A stretch of DNA of 40,670 nucleotides from Aestuariivirga sp. GTDB taxonomy: Bacteria; Pseudomonadota; Alphaproteobacteria; Rhizobiales; Aestuariivirgaceae. The notes under the pieces were generated by a model, which saw only the letters and a list, made by a program, of their open reading frames with translations, had not been told where the DNA came from and did not search any database. How positions within the stretch are numbered: the first letter of the stretch is position 1; each line of letters opens with the position of its first letter. Shown piece after piece: positions 22,243-31,620 of this stretch. Location of the stretch: contig JBKKDI010000319.1 of assembly GCA_046708645.1 (NCBI GenBank), positions 1 to 40,670 on the forward strand, in the 5' to 3' direction. The position numbers and the translations under genes are program-made.

Positions 22243-22265
22243 ATCCATCACTATAACTGATGGAT
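22243..22265. promoter_or_regulatory. Putative LysR operator ATCCATCA-N7-TGATGGAT
   Basis: Perfect 8-bp inverted repeat containing T-N11-A, in the AT-rich intergenic region just before the lysR start. Confidence 0.7.
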
Positions 22266-22272
22266 TGAACCC

Positions 22273-23154
22273 ATGATCGCCAACCTCGACATTGATCTGT
22301 TGAAGACCTTTCTCGCTATCGCCGACACGGGCAGCTTTACCCGCGCCGCCGAGGAGGTCCACAAAACCCAGTCGGCCGTTTCCATGCAAATGAAACGTCT
22401 GGAAGAATTGCTGGGCCGGCCGCTGTTTGCCCGCGATGGCCGGGCCAGCCGATTCACGCCCGACGGCGAACGGCTCATCGAATATGCCCGCCGCATGGTG
22501 GCGATCAATGACGAGGCGGTTTCGGCCTTCACCCGCCCCGAACTTACCGGCACGGTCCGCTTCGGCACTCCGGACGACTACGCCGACAAGTTTCTGCCGG
22601 AAATCCTGGCGCGTTTCTCGCGCACTCATCCCATGGTGACGGTCGATGTCGATTGCCTGTCGAGTTCAACGCTGGTCGAGCGAGTAAAACGCGGCGACAT
22701 GGATCTCGCCATGGTGACCTTTGGCTGCGATATCAGAAGCGACGAGCCGGTGCGCCGCGAACCCCTGGTTTGGGTCACATCGACGCGGCACAGCGTTCAC
22801 CTGCTGGAGGTGCTGCCAGTTGCGCTGGCGCACGCGGGATGCGGATGGCGGAGTGCCGTGCTGAAGAAGCTCGATGAAATGGGACGGAAATACCGCGTCG
22901 CCTATTCGAGTCCCAATTCCAATGCGGTCAACGCAGCGGTGCAGACGGGCCTTGCCGTGGGTGCTGTGCCCGAGCTTTGCCTGAGGCCCGGCATGCGGGT
23001 GCTGACTGAAAAGGACGGCTTCCCGCCGCTGGGCACCTTCGACATCGGACTGGTGCGCAAACCGGGGCAGCCCAACTCCGCCATCGAGGCTTTGGCCCGC
23101 CACGTCACCGAAAGCCTGTCGAACCTGCAACGCCCGGTGATGGCGGCAGAGTAA
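22273..23154 (+). CDS. LysR-family transcriptional regulator (LrhA/HexA-like)
   Basis: LDIDLLKTF...GSFTRAAEEVHKTQSAVSMQMKRLE HTH; GTPDDY, EPLVW. Confidence 0.95.
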   Translation: MIANLDIDLLKTFLAIADTGSFTRAAEEVHKTQSAVSMQMKRLEELLGRPLFARDGRASRFTPDGERLIEYARRMVAINDEAVSAFTRPELTGTVRFGTPDDYADKFLPEILARFSRTHPMVTVDVDCLSSSTLVERVKRGDMDLAMVTFGCDIRSDEPVRREPLVWVTSTRHSVHLLEVLPVALAHAGCGWRSAVLKKLDEMGRKYRVAYSSPNSNAVNAAVQTGLAVGAVPELCLRPGMRVLTEKDGFPPLGTFDIGLVRKPGQPNSAIEALARHVTESLSNLQRPVMAAE

Positions 23155-23158
23155 AGTC

Positions 23159-24143
23159 ATGATTTCGACTGCGGTTACGAAGCTTCTGGGCATCACTCAC
23201 CCAATCGTGCTTGCTCCCATGGGTGGTGTCTCCGGAGGCAAACTCGCGGCAGCAGTGACAGAGGCAGGCGGTCTCGGCATCATTGGCGGCGGTTACGGAA
23301 ACCCGAAGGCCGGGTATGGCGGACACGACTTTATGGAGAGAGTTTCGCGCCGCCGGCAATGCCCGCGTCGGCGTGGGCTATATCACTTGGTCATTGGCGC
23401 AGTTTCCCGAGCTTCTGGATCAGGCGCTGGATCGCAAACCTGTCGCGTTCTTCATCTCCTTCGGCGATGAGATGCAATTCGCCCACAAGATCAAGACTGC
23501 GGGGACGCTTCTCATCTGCCAGGTGCAGGATGTTGAGGGGGCGCGCCGGGCGGCCGACGCGGGTGCCGATATCATTGTTGCACAAGGCACGGAAGCAGGC
23601 GGCCATGGCGCGCAGAAACGCGCGACCTTCGCTCTCGTTCCCGCAGTGGTGGATGCGGTTCATCCCATTCCAATTCTTGCCGCAGGCGGCATCGCGGATG
23701 GGCGGGGGCTTGCCGCGGCGCTGATGCTAGGCGCCAGCGGAGCTTTGATCGGGACGCGATTTTGGGCAACGCCCGAGGCGCTCGGGCATAACAACGTCAA
23801 GGAGCTTCTCCTCAAATCCAGCGGCGATACCACGATGCGCACGCGCATTTTCGATATCATCCGGGAACTTGACTGGCCGGAGGGCTATTCGGGCCGGGCG
23901 CTGGCCAACGACTTCACCGCCGCCTGGCATGGGCGCGAAGCGGAGCTTGCCTCCCGCATCGACGCGGAGAAGGAGCGATTCTGGTCAGCCATGCGCGAAG
24001 GTGATGTGAGCACTGCCGTGGTGTTCGCGGGCGAAGGACTGGACCTCATTCACGATATCAGGCCCGCCGGCGAAATCGTCCGCGAAATCGCGGCGAATGC
24101 GGAGGCGCTGCTGCGCAAGCCCGGCCACTTCTCACTTCAATAG
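23159..24143 (+). pseudogene. Nitronate monooxygenase (NAD(P)H-dependent flavin oxidoreductase) family gene, frameshifted at about 23333-23343
   Basis: The N-terminus (PIVLAPMGGVSGGKLAAAV..AGGLG) is in the frame of 23159. The remainder (EFRAAGNARVG, QGTEAGGHG, AAGGIADGRG, GTRF) is in the +1 frame. Confidence 0.85.
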
Positions 24144-25546
24144 GCGTAGTCGCGGAAGACACGCTCGATGTTGCCGTTCCATGAGGAATGGTAGAGGTCG
24201 AGAAGATTCTCAGCCGCCGTCTTGCCGGTTGCCGCCGTTTCATCGAGCACATCGAGAAAGGCCGCTTCGGTCTTGCCCTTGCAGCCCTGCTCGTTCCGTG
24301 CCTCGAGACCTGCACGCGAGATCGCCAAAACATCCTTTGCAACGTCCTGCACCGTTCGGCCAGCAATCTTCGCTCTCAGGGCAAGACGGGGTACGGCATC
24401 GCGAAGTGATTGGCGCTCAGCTTTTGTCCAGCCTTTCACCAGATCCCAGGCCGCATCGAGCGAGGACTGATTGTAGAGAAGGCCCACGAACAGGGCCGGC
24501 AGGGCGCAAAGCCGGCGTGATGGCCCTGAATCGCAGCCGCGCATCTCAAGATATGTCTTGAGGCGGACTTCCGGGAAGATTGTGGTGATGTGATCGGACC
24601 AATCCTTCAACACTGGCTTCTCACCCGGAAGCTGGGGAAGCTTGCCTGCGAGAAACTTGCGGAAACTCTCGCCCGCCGCATTGATATATCGCCCCTCGCG
24701 CATGACGAAATACATGGGAACATCGAGGGCGTAATCGACGTAGCGCTCGAAACCCATGCCTTCCTCGAAAACAAAGGGCAACATGCCGGCGCGTTGATTG
24801 TCGGTATCGCGCCAGACTTCGGAGCGGAACGACAGTAATCCGTTGGGCTTGCCTTCAAGGAATGGCGAATTGGCGAAGAGTGCCGTTGCGATGGGCTGGA
24901 GCGCCAGTGACACGCGCAGTTTCTTTACCATGTCTGCTTCGGAACCGAAGTCGAGGTTCACCTGAACGGTACAGGTGCGGAACATCATGTCGCGGCCATA
25001 TTTGCCGACCTTGTCCATGTAAGGCGCCATGATCTTGTAGCGGCCCTTGGGCATCATCGGGGTTTCGGCTCTCGTCCAAACAGGTGACGCGCCAAGTCCC
25101 AGGAAGCCGATGCCCAGCGCATCGCCCACTTCACGGACCTGGTCGAGATGCTCATGCACCTCCTCGCAGGCGTCGTGCACGGTTTTGAGCGGTGCGCCGG
25201 ACAGTTCGAACTGGCCGCCGGGCTCGAGTGAGATGTTCCCGAGGCCCCTTGGATCGGATAGGGCAACAATATTATTCCCTTCATAGACGCCGCGCCAACC
25301 GAAGCGGTCGCGAAGACCTTCAAGCAAAGCGCGAATGGAGCGTTGGCCATCATAGGGAACCGGCTTCAATGTATCGGTGAGGAAGGGAAACTTCTCGTGT
25401 TCGGTGCCGATCCGCCAGTCTTCGCGGGGTTTCGATCCCGAGGCGAAATAACCGATGAGCTGGGATTTGGTCTCGATGGGCGCACGCGCCTCAAGTGTAT
25501 CGGGGGCCGGTCCGCTCACGGATTGAATCCTGGTTGTTTCGGGCAC
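24137..25546 (-). CDS. gshA: Glutamate--cysteine ligase (plant/alphaproteobacterial type)
   Basis: IGTEHEKF, SLEPGGQFELSG, MPKGRY, TCTVQVNLD, FPEVRLK, EMRG. Start uncertain. Confidence 0.95.
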   Translation of the reverse strand: MPETTRIQSVSGPAPDTLEARAPIETKSQLIGYFASGSKPREDWRIGTEHEKFPFLTDTLKPVPYDGQRSIRALLEGLRDRFGWRGVYEGNNIVALSDPRGLGNISLEPGGQFELSGAPLKTVHDACEEVHEHLDQVREVGDALGIGFLGLGASPVWTRAETPMMPKGRYKIMAPYMDKVGKYGRDMMFRTCTVQVNLDFGSEADMVKKLRVSLALQPIATALFANSPFLEGKPNGLLSFRSEVWRDTDNQRAGMLPFVFEEGMGFERYVDYALDVPMYFVMREGRYINAAGESFRKFLAGKLPQLPGEKPVLKDWSDHITTIFPEVRLKTYLEMRGCDSGPSRRLCALPALFVGLLYNQSSLDAAWDLVKGWTKAERQSLRDAVPRLALRAKIAGRTVQDVAKDVLAISRAGLEARNEQGCKGKTEAAFLDVLDETAATGKTAAENLLDLYHSSWNGNIERVFRDYAY

Positions 25547-25601
25547 ATGGATTTAGGCGCAGGCTTTCCATCCGGCAAGTCAAAGATTGGAAGGTGATCG
25601 A

Positions 25602-26333
25602 TCAGGTTTCTTGATGCCAATCGCCCATGGCGGCTTGCACCAGCGCCAGGGCGGCCACCGCCGCCGTATCGGCGCGCATAATACGGGGACCCATGGAAAT
25701 CGCCGTGACGAAAACACAGGACTTGAGCAAGGCCTTCTCGGCTTGGGTAAACCCACCCTCGGGCCCGACGAGAACGGCGGCGGGCGGGCGCAAGCCCTTC
25801 AGCGCCACGAGGGGATCGGCTACCGCGGCGGTCTCGTCGCAATAAATGAGCGCCCTGCCCTTGTCCCACTCGGCCAGCACCTTCTCCAACTTTTCGGGCT
25901 CGGCGATTTCCGGCACGAAGACGAGATTGCACTGTTCGGCGGCCTCGATTGTATTGGCGCGCATGCGTTCGAGGTTGACGCGCCCGGCGATGGTGCGGGC
26001 GGTGATCACGGGGCGCAACCTGCGGACGCCAAGCTCGGTTGCCTTCTGCACCACATAGTCGAGGCGCGCATGCTTTAGTGGCGCGAAAATATAGTCGATA
26101 TCGGGCGGCGGTTTCACATCAGCCGTGAGCCTGGCGCAATGGATGCTTACGGACTTCTTCGCGAGTTTGAGATGCCCAAGCCATTCGCCATCCCGACCGT
26201 TAAAAACGCGCACCGGATCGCCCCCGCCAAGCCGAAGCACGCCCGTCAAATAGTGGGCCTGCTCGCGCGAGAGCGGGATATCGCTGACGGCACCGAGTGC
26301 TTCGTCCACATAAAGGCGAGGAGTGGTTTTCAT
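25602..26333 (-). CDS. rsmE: 16S rRNA m3U1498 methyltransferase
   Basis: HYLTGVLRL, QKATELG, EAAEQC, VGPEGGF, GPRIMRADTA. Confidence 0.95.
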   Translation of the reverse strand: MKTTPRLYVDEALGAVSDIPLSREQAHYLTGVLRLGGGDPVRVFNGRDGEWLGHLKLAKKSVSIHCARLTADVKPPPDIDYIFAPLKHARLDYVVQKATELGVRRLRPVITARTIAGRVNLERMRANTIEAAEQCNLVFVPEIAEPEKLEKVLAEWDKGRALIYCDETAAVADPLVALKGLRPPAAVLVGPEGGFTQAEKALLKSCVFVTAISMGPRIMRADTAAVAALALVQAAMGDWHQET

Positions 26334-26358
26334 GGGTGGCCTGATGTACACCGCGCCC

Positions 26359-27297
26359 ATGGGCGAGACCAGCAAGCAAGATATCCCGGTTGCCGATGCG
26401 CTCCGCGGCCATTGGGCTGACCACTATCTGCCGCATGCGTTGCGCCCCTACGCGCGGCTGGCACGGCTCGAACGGCCGATCGGCTGGTGGCTGCTGCTCT
26501 TGCCCTGCTGGTGGGGACTATTGTTGGCCCAGCTCGCCGGCGGCGGCGGCCGGCCTCATCTTTGGTATGCCTTGCTGTTTCTTATTGGCGCCATTGTCAT
26601 GCGTGGCGCCGGCTGCACCTTGAACGATATTATCGACCGCGATTTAGATGGCCAGGTGGCGCGCACCCGGTCGCGTCCTATTCCTTCCGGCCAGGTGAGT
26701 GTGGGTCAGGCAATTGTATTTCTGATTGCCCAATGCCTGGTGGGGCTGGTGGTGCTCGTGCAGTTCAACCGGTTCACGATCATGCTGGGGATTTCATCGC
26801 TCGCGTTCGCCGCGATCTATCCTTTCATGAAGCGCCTAACTTACTGGCCGCAATTGTTCTTGGGCCTTGCCTTCAACTGGGGGGCATTGGTTGGTTGGAG
26901 CGCCATTCACGCCAGCCTCTCTTGGCCGCCCGTTCTTCTGTATCTTGGAGGAATTTTCTGGACGCTCGCTTACGATACCATCTACGCTCACCAGGATAAG
27001 GAAGACGACATACTGATCGGCGTTAAATCGACAGCGCTGAAATTCGGCGATGCGAGTTTACCCTGGCTGGTGTTTTTCTTCGCCATGTCGCTAGTGCTCC
27101 TTGGTTTCGCGCTGTGGCTGGCCGGAGCTTCGTTCATTGGTTACATAGGAATCGCCGGGGCTGCTCTCCACGCGGTATGGCAGCTGCGGCGCTTCAATGC
27201 GAGCGATCCCGAACGCTGCCTTGAAATTTTCCGTTCCAACCGCATATTTGGATTGATCATCACCATCGCACTTTTGCTGGACCTCCTCATTTCATGA
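26359..27297 (+). CDS. ubiA: 4-hydroxybenzoate polyprenyltransferase
   Basis: RLERPIGWWLL, MRGAGCTLNDIIDRD, RPIPSG, YPFMKR, YDTIYAHQD. Start ATG 26359 or 26344. Confidence 0.95.
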   Translation: MGETSKQDIPVADALRGHWADHYLPHALRPYARLARLERPIGWWLLLLPCWWGLLLAQLAGGGGRPHLWYALLFLIGAIVMRGAGCTLNDIIDRDLDGQVARTRSRPIPSGQVSVGQAIVFLIAQCLVGLVVLVQFNRFTIMLGISSLAFAAIYPFMKRLTYWPQLFLGLAFNWGALVGWSAIHASLSWPPVLLYLGGIFWTLAYDTIYAHQDKEDDILIGVKSTALKFGDASLPWLVFFFAMSLVLLGFALWLAGASFIGYIGIAGAALHAVWQLRRFNASDPERCLEIFRSNRIFGLIITIALLLDLLIS

Positions 27298-28604
27298 TCG
27301 AAGAACTCCTGAATATTGCCGGCGATGCCGTGGCTTACGCCCGAAAGCTCGGCGCCGATGGGGCGGAAGCATCCGTTGCTGACGGCCGCAGCACGGATGT
27401 GGAAATACGCGACGGGAGAATTGAAAAGCTGGAAGGCGCGGAAGGACGGCGTATTGGTCTCACCGTGTTCAGCGGCAAATCCTCCGCCGCGATTTCGGGA
27501 AGCGTCCTCACGAAGGATGCGATCCACCGCCTGACGGAGAATGCGCTTGCCATAGCGCGGCTGGCTCCGCCCAATCCCTACGCAGGCGTTGCCGAACCGG
27601 CACTGCTCGCGAAGTCTTTTCCCGATCTCGATCTTGTGTCTGAGCGGCTTCCCGATGCCGCCGGGCTTGAGCGCATGGCGCGTGACGTGGAACAGGCAGC
27701 CTTAAGTGTTTCAGGGGTGAGCAAATCGGGCGGCGCCAGCGCTTCGTCGAGCGACCGCTGCACAGCGCTCGTCATCTCCAATGGTTTCGCGCGAGGCTAC
27801 CGGCGTACCGGACTTTCGTTGAGTGTCTCCGCAATTGCCGGCGAAGGCACGGCGATGGAACGCGACTATGACTACTCTTCTGCCATTCATTTGGACGATC
27901 TGCGCTCTCCGGAGTCGGTGGGCCTCGAAGCTGGCCGCAGGGCTTCACGGAGGCTCAATTCCCGCAAAGTCAAATCGCAGGCGGTGCCGATCGTCTTCGA
28001 CCAGCGAGTTGCATCGAGTCTTATCCACAATATGTTGAGCGCCATCACCGGATCGGCAATCGCCCGCGGCACGAGTTTTCTGAAGGATAGTCTCGGCAGG
28101 CGGATATTTCCGGCTGGCATCACGATTGTCGAGGATCCCTTCATTCCGAGGGGGCTGGGCTCCCGGGTCTTTGATGGTGATGGCATAGCGCGCGCTAAGC
28201 GGGATATTATCGGTAACGGTGTACTGACCACATGGCTGCTCGATCTGCGTTCGGCGCGGCAGCTTGGTCTCGCGGCGACAGGTCATGATTCAGGCGTATC
28301 CAATGTCTATTTGAAGGAAGGTGAAGTGTCGCACAGCGATCTCCTTCGCGACGTCGCTCGGGGCCTCTACGTGACCGAAATGATCGGTTCGAGCGTTAAC
28401 ATGGTGACAGGCGATTACAGCCGGGGGGCTTCCGGCTTCTGGATTGAGAACGGTGAACTCACCTATCCGGTCAGTGAAATTACCATCGCCGGTAACTTGA
28501 AGGACATGTTCCTCAACGTGACTCCCGCCAACGACCTCGAATTCCGCACGAGTGTCAATGCGCCCACGTGCCGGGTAGAAGGGTTGACGATTGCCGGGCT
28601 CTGA
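27294..28604 (+). CDS. pmbA: PmbA/TldE metalloprotease subunit
   Basis: MERDY, SFL, FDGDG, VTGDYSRGASGFWIENGE, EITIAGNL; no HExxH. Confidence 0.92.
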   Translation: MIEELLNIAGDAVAYARKLGADGAEASVADGRSTDVEIRDGRIEKLEGAEGRRIGLTVFSGKSSAAISGSVLTKDAIHRLTENALAIARLAPPNPYAGVAEPALLAKSFPDLDLVSERLPDAAGLERMARDVEQAALSVSGVSKSGGASASSSDRCTALVISNGFARGYRRTGLSLSVSAIAGEGTAMERDYDYSSAIHLDDLRSPESVGLEAGRRASRRLNSRKVKSQAVPIVFDQRVASSLIHNMLSAITGSAIARGTSFLKDSLGRRIFPAGITIVEDPFIPRGLGSRVFDGDGIARAKRDIIGNGVLTTWLLDLRSARQLGLAATGHDSGVSNVYLKEGEVSHSDLLRDVARGLYVTEMIGSSVNMVTGDYSRGASGFWIENGELTYPVSEITIAGNLKDMFLNVTPANDLEFRTSVNAPTCRVEGLTIAGL

Positions 28605-29376
28605 ACGTCTGAAGCGGGATGCGGAGCTTCTGTTCGAAGCGGTGCGCGAGGCGGGCGCCCTGGCTCTGACCATGTTTGGCCAAAATGTGCGGCGCTGGTC
28701 GAAAACCGATGGTTCCCCCGTGAGCGAGGCCGATGTACGCGTCGATGAATTATTGCGCGGCAAACTCCAGGCGGCGAGGCCCACCTATGGCTGGCTGTCG
28801 GAAGAAACTCCCGACAGCGAGGAACGGCTGACCTGCGAGAATGTCTGGGTGGCCGATCCGATCGATGGCACACGGGCATTCGTGAATGGCGGCAGCGAAT
28901 GGTGCATCGCCGCCGCACTCGTGTCGGCGGGCCGGCCCACGGCTGCCGCTATCTACCGGCCAGTGCAGGAGGAATTCTATTCGGCCGTAGTGGGCCGGGG
29001 TGCCCGCATGAACAGCGAGGCCATCAGCATTTGCGACACCCCTACCCTGGCAGGGGCTCATGTGGTGGGTACACGCAAATCGCTTGCGGCGCTCCTTGAT
29101 CGCGGAATCCTTGCCGACGTTTCGGGCACATTGCCGCTGCAATTGCGACTTGCCTTCGTGGCCTCGGGCCGGTTCGACGCCGCCGTATCGTTCGGCAACA
29201 AGAATGACTGGGACCTTGCGGCGGGCGATTTGATCGTTCATGAGGCCCATGGGCTGGCTGGCGACCTCTCCGGCCGCAGCTATGTTTACAACCGCCCGCA
29301 GGCATGGCAGCACGGCATGATCGCAGCGGGCGGCCAACGCCATGCAAGCATCATTCAAGCGCTGAGGGCATCATGA
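28591..29376 (+). CDS. Inositol monophosphatase/CysQ-family phosphatase
   Basis: SPVSEAD, LSEE, DPIDGTRAF, WDLAAG. Confidence 0.9.
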   Translation: MPGSERLKRDAELLFEAVREAGALALTMFGQNVRRWSKTDGSPVSEADVRVDELLRGKLQAARPTYGWLSEETPDSEERLTCENVWVADPIDGTRAFVNGGSEWCIAAALVSAGRPTAAAIYRPVQEEFYSAVVGRGARMNSEAISICDTPTLAGAHVVGTRKSLAALLDRGILADVSGTLPLQLRLAFVASGRFDAAVSFGNKNDWDLAAGDLIVHEAHGLAGDLSGRSYVYNRPQAWQHGMIAAGGQRHASIIQALRAS

Positions 29377-29612
29377 CGAAACAACTCCTTCACATGGTCT
29401 TTGGCGGGGAATTGAACGATCTCAAGAGGGTCGATTTCAAGGATCTGTCGGCGCTTGATGTCGTGGGTTTTTATCCCGACTATGCAGCAGCCCATAAAGC
29501 ATGGCTCGGCAAGGCGCGCGAAACCATCGACAACGCGCAGATGCGGTATTTTATCGTCCACCTGCACCGCCTGCTCGATCCTACCGTGGAGGGAGCAAAG
29601 GGGCGGGGCTGA
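29373..29612 (+). CDS. DUF4170 family protein
   Basis: QLLHMVFGGEL...DVVGFYPDY...NAQMRYFIVHLHRLLDP; ATGA overlap with the upstream gene. Confidence 0.85.
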   Translation: MTKQLLHMVFGGELNDLKRVDFKDLSALDVVGFYPDYAAAHKAWLGKARETIDNAQMRYFIVHLHRLLDPTVEGAKGRG

Positions 29613-29652
29613 GGCCCGCACAAGAGCCCTTAACCGGGCCTTGACCAAGGCC

Positions 29653-29735
29653 CTTCGAGGCTCGCTACGCTCGCACCTCAGGGTGAGGGGTTTAACCATC
29701 CTCATGCTGAGGTGCGAGCGTAGCAAGCCTCGAAG
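29653..29735. repeat. REP/MITE-like palindromic doublet (36-bp inverted arms, 3 mismatches, 11-nt spacer)
   Basis: CTTCGAGGCTCGCTACGCTCGCACCTCAGGGTGAGG ... CCTCATGCTGAGGTGCGAGCGTAGCAAGCCTCGAAG between convergent genes. Resembles the CCTCATCCTGAGG...CTCGAAG repeats common in rhizobial intergenic DNA. Confidence 0.85.
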
Positions 29736-29768
29736 CATGGGCCGCGCAAAGGCGTTTCAGTAAAAACT

Positions 29769-30773
29769 TTACAGCATCCCGTCCTGTTGCAGGCGGCCCA
29801 GGGGATAGGCGGTGAGCGGATTGGCGGCGGCAAGGAGATCAAGCCGGCGCTTCGCTTCGGCGCAATCCTTGTGCATCTGCGCGCTAAGATCCGCACTTGA
29901 ATCAAACCGGCGGTCGGGCCGGATCAGATCGACGAGTTCGACCAACAGACTCCGGCCATAGAGGTCGCCCGAAAAGCCGATAAGATAGACTTCAAGGAAA
30001 GTGCGGGCCGTGTCGAAGGTGGGCCTGTCACCGAAATATCCAGCACCCTCCCAGGCCACCACACCTCTGACTTCGGCATCGCGCACGCGAACCGCGTAGA
30101 TGCCGCGGAACGGCTCCGCACCCGGTTCCAGCAAAATGTTGAGAGTGGGGAAACCGATAGTGCGCCCGCGGCCATCGCCCCTGACAACTTCGCCCATGAC
30201 CATCCAATGGTAGCCCAACTCGCGGGCGGCATCGGCCATATGGCCGTGGCGGAGGGCTTGGCGAATGGAACTTGATGAGAATGGCGAGTGCAAGTCCCCT
30301 TCGTCGGTCACTTGTTCGACGATGCTGACGCCGAAGCCATGGGTGGCGCCGAACTCCACCATCGAGGCGGGACTGCCCTTGCGGCCTCGTCCGAAATGGA
30401 AATCATAGCCCGTCACCACATGAGCAACGCCAAGCCGCTCGACGAGGTGGCGCGCCACGAAATTGGCGGCTTCCAGCGAGGAGAACTCGCGGTTGAAATC
30501 CAGCACCACGGTGAAGGATGCGCCAAGCGCTGAAATAAGCCGCGCCTTGAGTGGGCCAGGGGTGAGGCGAAACACCGGCTCGCTTGGCTTGAAAAACGTT
30601 CGGGGGTGCGGTTCAAACGTGAGCACGCCCCAGGGCCTGGCCTCACTTGCCGCCTTGCCACGGGTCACATCGAGAAGTTTCTGGTGGCCGCGATGGACGC
30701 CGTCGAAATTGCCGATGGCGACGACGGCACCTTTCAGGTCCGGAGGTACCGCGTCATGGGCGAGCAACCTCAT
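29769..30773 (-). CDS. ribF: Bifunctional riboflavin kinase/FAD synthetase
   Basis: IGNFDGVHRGHQ, TFEPHP, GYDFHFG, SSSIR, GRTIGFPTLN, RPTF. Confidence 0.96.
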   Translation of the reverse strand: MRLLAHDAVPPDLKGAVVAIGNFDGVHRGHQKLLDVTRGKAASEARPWGVLTFEPHPRTFFKPSEPVFRLTPGPLKARLISALGASFTVVLDFNREFSSLEAANFVARHLVERLGVAHVVTGYDFHFGRGRKGSPASMVEFGATHGFGVSIVEQVTDEGDLHSPFSSSSIRQALRHGHMADAARELGYHWMVMGEVVRGDGRGRTIGFPTLNILLEPGAEPFRGIYAVRVRDAEVRGVVAWEGAGYFGDRPTFDTARTFLEVYLIGFSGDLYGRSLLVELVDLIRPDRRFDSSADLSAQMHKDCAEAKRRLDLLAAANPLTAYPLGRLQQDGML

Positions 30774-31612
30774 TACATAACCTCTGTTGACCAGGCGAGC
30801 TGGCGCATCGTGGCGATTATCCGGGCAGCGGGAAAGGCACGTTTCACATCGTGTTCCAGTCGACTACCTGCAGCATCTGCATCGCCCAGTCCTTCTGTAA
30901 CAAGGACGGCATCGACGCCATAGGCAGCCGCCCCCCTTATGTCGGTTTCTGGACCGTCGCCGATCGCCAATATCCGAGTGAGGGCAACGGCGTCACCACG
31001 AATCCTCGCGGTTTCCCGCATGGCGAGATCGTATATGGGGCGATAGGGTTTGCCTGCCATCAGAACAGCGCCACCCATCGCAGCGTAGGCCTCGGCCAGG
31101 CTACCGGCACAGTAAAGAATGCGGTCGCCTCTTCGCACCGTCTTGTCCGGATTGGCGCAGATCATTGGGAGGCTGAGCGTCAGCATGTCGTTGAGCAGTG
31201 GCTTATAGTCTTCGGGCTTTTCGTTGAAGTCGTCGAAGAGTCCGGTACACAGCACCGCGGAAGCCTCGGAAAGCGGTGCACGGATTACATCAAGACCGTG
31301 GAAAATGGATTGATCGCGCGCTGGACCCAGATGATAGATTTTACGGCATCCATGGCTCACCACGAGAGTGCGGGTCACGTCGCCCGATGTCACAACTGCA
31401 TCATGGCTCGCCGGATCAACGCCGATTCCTAAGAGCTGCCGTTCAACACCGGCACTCGTTCGCGGCGAATTGCTAACCAGGATAACGGTACCGCCGTTGT
31501 GGCGATGCTTGCTCAACGCATCGATGGCCGGTGTAAAAGGCACAATTCCGTTGTGAACAACACCCCAAATGTCACAAAACCAGACCGGATAGCGCGCCGA
31601 CAATTCCTGCAT
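30773..31612 (-). CDS. HAD-superfamily hydrolase, subfamily IIA (TIGR01459-like)
   Basis: CDIWGVVHNG, SNSPR, CANPD, GKP, IGDGPETDI; usual partner upstream of ribF. Confidence 0.9.
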   Translation of the reverse strand: MQELSARYPVWFCDIWGVVHNGIVPFTPAIDALSKHRHNGGTVILVSNSPRTSAGVERQLLGIGVDPASHDAVVTSGDVTRTLVVSHGCRKIYHLGPARDQSIFHGLDVIRAPLSEASAVLCTGLFDDFNEKPEDYKPLLNDMLTLSLPMICANPDKTVRRGDRILYCAGSLAEAYAAMGGAVLMAGKPYRPIYDLAMRETARIRGDAVALTRILAIGDGPETDIRGAAAYGVDAVLVTEGLGDADAAGSRLEHDVKRAFPAARIIATMRQLAWSTEVM

Positions 31613-31620
31613 GGGGGTGT

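Noticed and set aside
18544-28604. tldD and pmbA with a MATE exporter and small proteins as a RiPP/microcin cluster
   Set aside because: No YcaO, radical SAM or precursor peptide was seen; both genes are in ordinary housekeeping neighbourhoods.
29630-29645. CtrA-like box TTAA-N7-TTGAC
   Set aside because: One mismatch and located between convergent 3' ends, where no promoter is expected.
29653-29735. Possible CRISPR repeat or tRNA
   Set aside because: Only two copies, in inverted orientation, with no spacers or cas genes and no cloverleaf.
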